Assembly: GCA_036172245.1 (NCBI GenBank)
Contig: JAYWIR010000003.1
Location: 5,518,001 to 5,582,000, forward strand
Length of the DNA stretch: 64,000 nt
DNA from: Raillietiella orientalis
Lineage: Eukaryota
Direction of reading: 5' to 3'
In this document: positions 53,831-64,000 of the stretch, in pieces
Position numbering within the stretch: the stretch's first letter is position 1
Layout of the letters: each line of letters starts with the position of its first letter
The notes under the pieces: model-generated
The model's input: only the letters and a program-made list of their open reading frames with translations
The model's database searches: none
Told to the model about the DNA's origin: nothing
Program-made: the position numbers and the translations under genes

Positions 53831-54989
53831 TGGAAGTCAGGGCGGACCACTGGTGCTCCACACGGCGGGCCGTTGCTACTCTCCACATGCAACGCGGGAC
53901 CACACGACCACCGCAGCTGGCGCAGGTCCATCACGGGACGGAGAAATGGTCATGGCAGCTTCCCGAGATGCCCCCCGTGTCAGACTGTCGAGCCTGGAGT
54001 TTCTGCGCGGGGAGGGAAGACTTTGCAACTTCTGGAGCTTCACCAAAAGGGTGCGCTCGGGAAACCCTCGGGCCTTCTCTGCACCTTTCTGGGCAAGTGG
54101 AAGGTACGTCTCCAGAGCGGAGAGGAAATGGGAAGGAAACGGTGCTGCAAATGCAGCAGCAAGAGAAACTCGCCGCTGGGGAAGCCACATCGACTCTCCC
54201 ATAGACACGGAGGATCGAAGGAAGTGGATGAAAAAGCCGGTCTTTGGTTGGCCTCAGCGCCCCTCCTAGATATTCCCAGCATACCCGCCTTCAAGCCGCG
54301 GAGTTGCACTTGGGCGAGTGTTCATCGGATCATCTGGGGCGAACCGTCCACTATTTCCTGCGGAGAAGGAGAAGGGAAGGAGGAAGAAAAGGAGAAAGGG
54401 GAGGAGGGGAGGAAGGAAGGGGGGAAGGGAAGAAAAGAGGAGTAGGAAACGAGGAGGAGGAGGAAGAGAAAGGAGTAGCATTGCCAATCCCCTGTAAGCG
54501 GCGAAAGGGTCCACGCACAGCGGCGTTCGGAAGTGGTAGGAGGAGGAGGAGGGCAGCTGCCGCGGCTACCGTGAAATTCGGTGACCTGAAAACGCAGATG
54601 CAGGGGGGAGGAAGCCGTCGTGGTCAGCTGCGCGCTCACGCGCCCAGAAGGCAGGTCCGCCCTTCCGCGCCCGGTTGATGGCCCAGAAAAGCCGTCTGCC
54701 GCTATGACCGCCGCCATTGAGAGGAGGAAGCCTCGCGTCCGGAAGGGAGGAGGAGGAAGAGGTCGTCCAGGCGTGCCTCCTGTCTTTCTTTCTCTCTCTT
54801 CCGTTTTCGACAGGACGGCACGATTCGCTTCCCAGAGGGGCAGGAAAAGGAAGGAGGCGGCTCGCTCACAGAGTCGTTCGCAGCGGGTCGGAAGGCCTGA
54901 GGGAGAAGGGCGATCCAGAAAATTCTTGTCCTCCTTCCCTCCCCTCTTCACCTTTTTGAAGTGCGCCCGTCCTTCCTTCTCCTCCTTCG

Positions 54990-55450
54990 GGGATCAGGTG
55001 TATTGTCCGCTGCCGGGAAGCGCTTCAGCGGCACCCGCCAAGACTTGCCCCTGGTTCCCGGTGCCCTGACGTTGTGACATTCTTGACCTTATGATGTCTG
55101 TCTATGCATGGATTGAAAGGCTTCTGGGGAAGAAGGGAGGGTTTTTGAGTGTATCCTTTTTCCCCGCCATCTCCCTTAGCACGAGGAAGAGCCACTGATG
55201 TCCTACTCTGTGCACCCCGGGAACGCGTGCGCTGTGATCCCCTTCATCTTTCGTGTGGAACTCGGAGATGCTGTCCAGGAGGATAGGATCCTTCCCGGAC
55301 CTGGACACCAGGAGCTTCTTTCCACGAAGAGCTCCTGGCTCGCTCAGATAAGGGGGCAGCAATGGGCAGCCCCTCCAGCGGGATGTCCTCCCTTACTCGA
55401 CGTCCCCAGGGGACCGGGGACGTCGAGTATCCAGGAAGTCCTGGACCGCT
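54990..55450 (+). pseudogene. Narnavirus-like RdRp relic (A-B-C) within a hairpin cluster
   Basis: RATDVL (55191), RILPGP, IRGQ/MGSPSS across a 1-nt frameshift (55351-55379), GDV (55416). Confidence 0.6.
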
Positions 55451-57319
55451 TTTCTCCGCAGCACTTTTCCCACCTCCTCAGTCGAAAGGTGGAGGGCTGG
55501 AGGGAAGAAGGATGGAGAGAGCATGAAAAAGGAGATGCCTTTCGGCGAAACGGTTGGCTGTCGAGCGTTCAGGTCTCCTCGCCCCTGGAATCAAGAGCAG
55601 AGGCTGCGGGAGAAGGGAGGGGTAAGGAGGCAGTGGAGGATCACTCCTCTGAGAGGGCCTGAGTTTAAAAAAGAGGAATAAAAAAGCCACGCGCAGGAAG
55701 GGATCTTGCAGAGGACCTCTGCGAGAGCCTCGGCACAGATCTGGAAGACGGGAGAGATAAGGAGGCGGGCGCAGAAACTGGAAGCAGGAAGCGGTGGTTT
55801 CGCAGACCAATAGTGAGAAAAGGGATCGAAGAAGAGGAAGGCGGGAGGAGGTGGGTGGAAGGAAGGAAGTCCCCGCGTCGGGCTGCGCTGTGGAAAGGCC
55901 GTGCTTTGCGCCTGCAAGGGAAGGTGGGGAGCGCGTTCCCGCTGACGAGGCAGGAGGCGACGATCTCGAGGAAAGAGAAAGAGAGCTGGATGAAGGATGA
56001 GGTCGCTGCAAAACGGACAGGATACGACCCACTCCCCCCACGTCCTGCTTCTGCATCCGCGATCGCCGCCTCATCCCTCCGAGATTCCAGACGGATCTCC
56101 TAGCCCTCCCGTTCAAGAAGCTCTCCGGAGCGGGACGCCAAGGGACTCCGAGCTGCGGAAGCGCAGGCCTACTGCGGCCTGCTGCTCGATTCTTCGCGAA
56201 GTAACTCCGAGGTGTTCAAGGAGACGCCGGTGGCGAGGGCGTCGGCTCCAACATCGTAGGTGAAGGAAGACAGCGGCCTCGGGGTGAAACATCCATGCGG
56301 CACCCTGGGAAGTTGCCTGGCTCTGCTTGGACAGGGGAGTTCAGAAGGAGGCAGTATGGAGGCAGGACCTCAAGCAGGTCTGTGGCTCAAGGAGGAGCTC
56401 AGACTCCTCGCATTATTCATTCATTTTCATATCTCCATCTCTTCTTCCCTTCCAGCCTTGCTGTCTTCGCCACAACTGACCTTCTGGTCTGCGATTCTTC
56501 TTCCCTCCTCCTATCCTGGCTCCGCACAGGAAAAGATCCTTACATGAAGAAACTTCATCCGGCGTGGCAGGATCAAGATCCCACCGTCCTTTTCTGCAGC
56601 TTCCTCTTCCTCCCGCAACTCCATTCAGGGAAATGATGCCCGTTATCCCGTGGAAGACTGCAGTAGCCGGCCAGAAAGGACCGGGATCCAGAGTCCCATA
56701 ACGACCACGCCCGCCTCTGACCCTTCCCAATCTCGGACAGAGCCACTCGTCCTCGCTCAGAGGGGAAGGGGAAATGAAACTGCTACGGTCCATTTGGAGA
56801 TCGTTCTAGTGCCTGCCACATCGTTCCTGACCTTCACTTGCGTATGCCTGGCAGCTATGAAACCTCCTTTATTCATTAGCTGGCCGCCCCCTCTTCGAGT
56901 CGACCACCACCGCCCCACTTCCTTCCAGTTTCGCGAGGTCAGAGGGTGATCGCGTGATCGTGTGATCGGCCTTTGCCGGTGCTCCGGAATGGTACCTCGC
57001 CTCCAAGAGCGGCAGGCCCTGGAGAAAAAAGTGCCTAAGGGGTCGACCCGATTTTTGCAGGGGGAGAAGCCCCATTCGAAGGTGCACGCCACTTGGAGGG
57101 ATGTTTCCCTCAACGACTCTCCAGCCATCCACCGCAGCCTTCCGCGATCCAAGAAAACCATCACGAAAAGCGCTCCCCCTGAAGAGGTATCCTGACAACG
57201 GACCGCTCTCCCTACGATTCCCGATATGCCATTCAGCACCATGGTTTAGCAAGACAGCGACGGGGAGAGGGAGAACGACCCAAATCCAGACTTGGAAGCG
57301 GGCACCTACACTGCTCCCA

Positions 57320-57800
57320 CGGAAGGACGAAGCGAAGCCGAAGCTCCTCGGAGGCCATGCCGGGATTCTACTCAGGATAACGGATGCAGAGGGAAGAACC
57401 ACAAGGAAAACACCCAAATGTGTTCCACCACTGGCGAGTCCTGAGAAGGTGGACTCGTCTACTGAATCCGCTACTTCGTCGATATGCAAGGAGGCTTGCG
57501 GAAAGGAACCCCTGAGGAGTTCCCAATTTCGGACAGAGGAAAGGACGGCACTCGGCAAAGAGGGACTGCCTACGAGCTGCAGAAGATGCAGCACCAACTT
57601 TCCGAAAAGAATCCATCGGCGATGCACCTTCGGACAAAAGAAGTAGATGGTCCAGCAGCGAGTTCATCGTGCAGAGGAAGAACAGAGGTCCCCGATTCAA
57701 AATACCACAGATCCACGCACCATCGTTTCTGCCATCTGGAATCCCCGAGTTCAGCCATCTCCCAACGAGCAGCAAAGGATGGGGTTTATTGGCACCAGCA
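57320..57800 (+). pseudogene. Narnavirus-like RdRp relic (3' part)
   Basis: SPEKVDSS....ICKE (D/E-like, 57437), SGIPEFSHLPTSSKGWG (57735). Confidence 0.4.
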
Positions 57801-58279
57801 AGCGTTCCCACACCATCCTTCCGCAGAAACGGCGCATTGCTATGCCTCGGTAGTCCCCACCGATGGCCCAAGAAGCACCAGGAATCACTGTGTTCTCGGA
57901 CTCCGAACGGTACTAGGGGGAGGCGCATGTGTCTCGCGTTGCTTGGAAGCGGGGGACAGTCCCTCGGGAAGGAGGAATCTGATTTCAAGACCTCCCTTCT
58001 TCCCCTTCTCCACAAGTGCTGCTCTTCCTTCTTTCTGAACGAGGCAGACACAAGGCGGATCCAGAGACTGGTAGCCCGCATCTTCACCGCATTCTGACTC
58101 CGCAGCCGCAAAACTCACCTGACGACGTCCTCTGTTATCTCGGTAGCAGCAGGCTGGCGGAGGGATCCGGGGTATTCACTCAAAAACGTCGATCTCCAGC
58201 AGTGATGGACTCTCCTCCCCAAGGCTAGTTGGCAAGCAGGGAGCGGAGAACGCAACCCTCCCTGAGTGAGGACAGAAAA

Positions 58280-59080
58280 CAGGAGGCCCGGCAAAAGAGC
58301 GAGGTGGAAACTGAGACGCGGTCCTTGGGGAAGCAGCCTCCTGGCAGCGATGATGCCACTGCGAGCGCCAACACGGGACGAATGCCGCGGCACTGTTCTT
58401 TCTCCGTCCCTCCACGACGGCAAGAGGGACTTCCGCGCCAAGCACCTAGAGAAAATCCTGTTTCTCTCCCGGAAGGATGAGGGGAAGGAAGCGGCATGGG
58501 CGATGGACTCTACTAACCTGACACGTCGTCGGTGAGTGCGCAACCTAGCGAGCAGACAGGCAGGCACAGCTGAAGGGCACCGGTGCCCCGGAAGAAGCAG
58601 CGAGGGTGCTGCTGCCGACCCCGCCTCGTCGGTTCAGCGCGCGGACCGTAGGCTGCCACCGCATGGTCCGCGCGCATCGGCCTCTGTCGACTGGCTGCTG
58701 CACATCCCTACCTTCCCCGGCTCCAAACTCTCCGCGCCCGTTTGCTGGGCGCTGCTCGCTCTCATTCCCCTCTGTGCAGGAGGGAGGAGGTTTCCTCGCG
58801 AGTGAAGGAGGAAGCCTGAGTCGCCCTCCAAGTGTGGGGAGGCTCTCTCCAGCGAGGTGGCTGCTAGCCGGGAAAACCCCAAGGGGCGGGGATCCGGCGC
58901 ACCGCTACGCGGACGCGGAGGGGAGCCTGCCAACGCAGCGTGTGGGGCGACGCCCTTCCAGAACGTGTACTAATATGCCTGATCGATGTCGGGCCCAACT
59001 CTCCTTTGCTTCGGCACGTCTTGTCGCAGGAGACGGCCCGAGGATTCCATGGAAACGTGTTCTCCTGAAGGTCGAACAGG
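58280..59080 (+). pseudogene. Best-preserved narnavirus-like RdRp relic (F-A-B-C-D)
   Basis: ER(G)WKLR (58297), STNLTR(A)S (58509), TFPGSKLSAPVCWALLALIPL (58710), VWGDAL (58940), GNVFS (59051). Spacings are about 70/67/77 codons. Confidence 0.65.
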
Positions 59081-59191
59081 GAAAAGGGGCACTCAGCGGT
59101 GACCCGTGCACTTGACCTGCACAGAACTCAGGGCTGATGTTTAACGAGGCCCAAGCTCAAATGGTGCTGGGTGGATGAGAGCGGGAGGAGG

Positions 59192-59348
59192 GAAGAAACC
59201 GTCCGTCACAAAGGCTAGCCTTTTTCGTGTACCACCTCAAGAAGTTGTGGAGCCTCGTCCTCTTTCAGATGGTCGTTTGGGGTCTTCTACCACTTTCACG
59301 CACCCTTGGTCCCGTTCCCAAAGGCCCCCCGCTTTCCCAACGGAAGAA
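59192..59348 (+). repeat. Dispersed ~155-bp repeat, copy 2
   Basis: Near-identical to 53675-53830. Confidence 0.9.
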
Positions 59349-61299
59349 CAGAAAGGCTGTACATCGAGCTTCCCGGGTGCGCGCACCACGCGCTCGCGAC
59401 CACCCCCTCGTAGGAGATGGCTGGTGGCACTCGTGGACAGAGACGCATGTGGCAACCACGAATGCTCTGAAGCGGGCGGGAGGACTTTTCTGGAAACAGC
59501 CCGCAGATTCCACGTGCTTCCCACTGAGGCCCAGGAAGTGGGCACCCAGAAAGCATCTGCCCTCTGGGCGCCCTGGAAGTGAGGACTGCAAAAAATGCCG
59601 CGGGCGTGCGGCAGCCACCCCCAGAGAAGAGCCCGCGGTCGTTTGCCCCCGCTGTGCATCGGAGCAGAGCCATGAGAGCGGGCCCGGAGACCGCCCAGCA
59701 TCCGCGCCGCCTCCCACTTGGATCACGTCAAGGGCCCCCGAGCGAGTCGTTTTCTTGCAGGGAGATTTCTCTGCGACCGCGTGCGACCTTTGGAGGGCAC
59801 GAGCGAGTGCGCGGGAGCGTATAGAGCGTGGGTTTTTTTTCTTTTTTTTTTTGTGCACACACCCTTGCGGAGAGGGGAGGTCAGTTGAGTGGTGGCCCAC
59901 GAGCGTTCTCGAGCGGGTTTGCACGTCCCGAAAGGGAGGAGGAAGCACCGTATGGGACAAATGCCCGGGGGAGGAGGAGGGCATAGGAAGGTCGTCCGCA
60001 CTTTGCAGCCTGCGGAAGACTGCAGGGAGAGGATGGCTCCTTTCCATCAGGAAAAGGTGCCTCCGGAGGATAAAGGTGGTCGAGCCGTATGGACCACGGA
60101 AGCTGCGCGGGGCATCTCCCGCAGAGTCTTCCAGGGAAGCGCGTGAACGGTATCCCGAAAGCGGCGCCCGAAACGCCATCATGTGAGGCAGGAGCGGCTT
60201 CCACCCTCAGCCGGGAAGAAAGAGACTGGAAGCTGCGGAAACCGGAAGCAGAAACTCGGGTCTCTCGGAGAGGGAGGGAGAGGATGCGAGGAAGTGAGAG
60301 CGCAGCATCCTTCGTCAGGCAATTTTGGGAAGAAGCGGAAAGCGATGCTAGAAACGCGAGAGCGCTTTCCGGATGGAGGCACCCGGCAGACGCTCGCTGC
60401 TCCCCTCCTCCCTTCCGTCCTCTCCCTCTTTCTGCTCCGCTCGGTCCTCTTCCTTTCTCGTGAGCAGGAGCGACGGTGACTGCCCTCGCTTCTGCTCAAG
60501 AGGAGAACGAGAGGCTCAACATCCGGACAGCAGTGGATGCCGCAGGAAGTGAAGTCGATCGGAAGGAGCAGAGCGCATTTCTCTCCGCGGCCCGTCTGAG
60601 GAGCCGTGCGAAGGTGGGCGCAGCGGCGACTTCCTGTCGGCGGCAGAGAGGAAGTGGAGAACCGGCCGTGGACCTCAGGAGATCTCCAGTGGGCCAGGGG
60701 GGCTGCAGACGACTTCCCGTGAAAGCCGGGAAGGGTGGTCGCTCTTGAAGGGTTGCGGACTGCTGCTGGGGACCAGGTGTGCTTCGGAGGTGGCGTCAGG
60801 AGGGAGGGGAGGTCAGCACCCCTTCAATCCCGAAAGGACCTCAACAGGAAGAACAGCATGGACGCGACACCGAGGTGAAGCTGCCGCCATTCACGAAGTC
60901 ACGTCCCGGGAGAAAAGGGAAAGGGAAAGTGGGTCTAGCTCCTTGCTGACGGGAAATCACACGAGTTCCAGAGGAAGCGATTCGGTTCGGGACGGTGATC
61001 CAATTAGCCCTCTGGTGGAAGTAAGGGCCTCCGATCCCACCCCATGAAGTCGGAATTTCCCGTTCCTGCTGCTGCCGAGAGACCTCCCGGCCTGCTTCCT
61101 GGTTCGCGCCCCCGTAGGACTGACAAAGGATTGCGCGAGGCGGAAACGATCGTTCGTGAAGAAAGAAGCGGGAGGAAGGGAGGAGGAGCGAGAGAGGGAA
61201 AAGAGAGAGAGGAGAAGACGAGGAGGATGAGGGGGAGCAGACTCACCCACCACAACCACAGAGATGGCACGTCTTTGGCCTGCCGCAGGAATCGGACGG

Positions 61300-61560
61300 G
61301 ATGGACGGATGCGGCAGCCGTGAGACGGGAGGTCTTCGCGGGTGACTTTCGAGAACGTGACGATGCCGCTGGATGGATTCGGACTGGGTGGTTGACCGCG
61401 ACCATCGCTCATCTCCACGGCAAGAATCCTTGCTATTGGGAGAAAGCGACCACCTGGCCGAGTTTAGGCTGCCACCGTCAGCAGTCCCCATGGAATGGTT
61501 GATGAGCGACAATGAGCCATCCGTTTGCGATGAGTTCCTATGAGACTCCGCTGGCGAGTT
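61300..61560 (+). pseudogene. Narnavirus-like RdRp relic (A-B-C, deleted)
   Basis: GDF/ENVT (GDFxxATD-like, 61341), AVPMEWLMS (B-like, 61481), VCDEFL (C-like, 61523). Confidence 0.45.
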
Positions 61561-62379
61561 GCTGCAGCTGAGAATGGCGGTTCCAGCCGTGTTTCCTCCA
61601 AGCAGGTGGAGCGAGCGAAAGCAGAAACGGAGGCTCCGAAGGACCGGAGGATTCGCTCTCGACCGGGGATGTTCGGTCGGATGCGGCACGTCCCCAGAGC
61701 GACCAGGGCCGGAGGACCGCCGTTTCCCGGACCCTCAGGAGCACATAACAGAGGTCCGGGCTCGTCCTTGGAAACAGAGGCTCTCTTCTGCTCGCCTTTC
61801 ACCCCGTTGTCCTCAAGGTCGCGTCCTTCGGGCGCGGAATCCGAGGAGACCTCGCGCCTTGGAGCGCCGCGGGTAGCAGCGGGTCGCGAAGGATGGGAGC
61901 CGCCCGCCTCGTGAGGAGCAGTGCGCACCAGGAGACAGAATCTGGGGAGAACGGGAGGAAAGATTCCTCGGGTACTGTCATCACGGAATGGGAAGGATCG
62001 ATGCAACAGATTATCCTAAATCTCACCGACGCCCGAGCTCTTTCTGGAACCGAAAGGCGATCAGCACACACCCAGAGCGAATCTGGAAGAACGAACGGGA
62101 AACCGAGTCCAGTCCAGGAGAAACGCATGGACTGCGAGCACCACGACAAATGGGGAGAGGAGGTGGAGAGATCAGCAGGGGAGGTTGAAGGGTGGCGAAA
62201 TAGTCGCTAGCAGCCGGAAGCCTCTTCCCAGTGAACCTGCTTCTTGAGCACAGAAAGGAACTCCAGCTGCGGCACAGACGTTCGGGTTCCTCACCTCATC
62301 CTGCTCCCTTCCTCCTCTGCTTCTCTGCCTCTTCCTCCCTTCCTCTTCCTCCTCCATTCATCCTTCTTCATTCCTTTTC

Positions 62380-63720
62380 ATTGTCTCATGAAGCTGCGTT
62401 TGGAGGCAAACTGATGTTCCAGGAATGAGCGCAACATCCGTCGTGTGGTGTGGTGGTTCCTGATGTCTCGAGGCGGCTTCCCCTTCGACCCCCGCCAAAT
62501 GTCAGGATCCGGAGTTCCAAGCCGTTGCTGAAAGACGAATTTGCTTTTCTTCCTGTTTTCCAAACTCATAGCGGCGCCACAGAGTATGCAATCCCCTGGA
62601 AGGCACTCTCGCCTGTAGGAGGCACCGGGAACATGACTGCTGCTGCTGCTGCTGCTGCTGTGCAGCGGCGACCTTTCAGATCAGTGATGCGGCGCGCTCA
62701 AGGAGGAGTCCGCAGGTTCCATCCAAGCAGCTGGAAGAGCAAAAAGAGGCTCTCCTGAATCACAAGCTGCGCGCCCCGGTCGCCCACACGGCGGCGACCC
62801 GGCACTTCCGTGAGCTAAAGGAAACCTAGAGGTACGTCCACCTTCCGCTGTTCTGGCCCCAGGTCGCGCCTGTTCGGCGCCTCCTCCGGTACCCTCCTCC
62901 TGTTGCGTCCGCCCTATCTCGCTTGGGGGCAACGATCGCAAGCATCCTGGAAGGCGGCCGAGCGTCCCCCTGCTGCTCCGAGGAGTAGGGCCCACCTCCC
63001 TGCTCCTCTTCCTCGGGCACTAGCGGAGACACTGCGCACTTTTGGAAGTCCTCCAGACGACTCTCTTCAGTGATGCTGAGGGATCCGTTCATTTTTCATA
63101 GCCGCGCAAGAGGGGAGTCGGAGGCGCGTGGGGTCAAAGGCAACGGTAGGTCGCAGGTCGCATCTTCTTCGTCCTCCTCCCCTCCCGCTCCGAAGCGCTC
63201 CGCAAAATGGCTCTCGGCAGCGACACGGTAGGCTCGAACGGCTTTTGACCACCTGCCGCAGCATCCAGAAGGGCTGACTAACCAGCAGCTAAGAGTCCAG
63301 AGGAACGCGCACCAAACAGGAGCAGAGGGGCGACCCGGATGTCCTGCATGGACCTACTCCGGAGCCCTCCCCCCCTTCACACCCCTCCGTCCCGTCAGCG
63401 TGTTCGTCGTTCCTTCCGCTTCCGGGTGCGCGCAAGAAAAGCTCGAAGGACGGTCCTGTGGATTCGCGAAGAGTGAGCGCTCGTTACCACGAGAACACCC
63501 TCTTTCCGCACCTTGGCTTGAGAAAGGGAGCTGAGTAGTGTCATGATTGCGGTATCCGCTGGTTCCCGGAGGGAACGAACGGCTTCCTCGCAGGGAGGGA
63601 CCGGACCCCACGGCAGGGTCCGAGTCCGGAAAGAAAACCGGCTCAGGGGTTCTGCGGAGCGTTTACTTCATTGAGAAGAGGAGGACGTGGAAGGAGGGGA
63701 GGAGAGGGGACGAAGATACG
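62380..63720 (+). pseudogene. Narnavirus-like RdRp relics (3' part of one copy, F-A-B-C of the next)
   Basis: LMFQE (about 62410), IPWKALSPVGGTG (62591), GSKA.V (about 63130), MDLLR (about 63348), TGSGVL (about 63637), GDE (about 63707). Confidence 0.35.
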
Positions 63721-64000
63721 AAACGAAAACATTTGCTAGTGGATTCAAAAGCTTCCCTCGCGTCTGTTTCAAGGCGTCCCCAGTGGAAAACCGTCTCACG
63801 CCCTTGAGGTCCCCACAGACAGCACGAGACGCGCGCAGAGTCGTTATTGTCTTCGCAATGAATTGTTCCTCACCCCACCGTCCCCCACCTCACCCTCACA
63901 AGGCATCCTTAGAAAGCGCGCACAAAGAATGCATTTTTCCCGGTACCCCGGTTCAGCAATCCACAGAATGGCGCGTGATGACGTAAAACGGCCCTCTCTT

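Noticed and set aside
61340..61445. Acyl-CoA dehydrogenase-like VTFENV.MP fragment
   Set aside because: Too short, and better explained as a frameshifted RdRp motif A.
49000..64000. Numerous 100-320 aa ORFs on both strands as real genes or intact ambigrammatic viral ORFs
   Set aside because: Expected at about 60% GC. They are Arg/Gly/Pro-rich with no continuous homology. The few reverse ORFs I checked at 38-43 kb were mostly not codon-aligned with the motif frame.

Overview
Eukaryotic, probably invertebrate (arthropod-like) genomic DNA. (1) 1-8946: 3' part of a large Ser/Thr/His-rich mucin-like gene. It has about 22 tandem 357-bp/119-aa units, an assembly gap and a spliced non-repetitive C-terminal domain. 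(2) 15631-19568: a decayed, 5'-truncated L1/Tx1-type LINE on the minus strand. (3) 21322-24148: an intact ALIX/PDCD6IP gene on the minus strand with eight 39-47 nt introns. (4) hAT MITEs, a possible solo LTR and microsatellites. Main observation: almost all remaining 'intergenic' DNA from about 11 kb to the right edge appears to be a dense series of roughly 25-30 decayed, mutually divergent narnavirus-like RdRp gene relics. All lie on the + strand. They are recognisable as ordered, frameshifted motif sets (F-A-B-C-D/E plus flanking narna-type motifs), and the right-hand ones retain + strand RNA hairpins. GC content and preservation rise from left to right, suggesting a polarised archive of captured RNA-virus sequence. 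The motif calls were made by eye against remembered consensus patterns and need profile-search confirmation.
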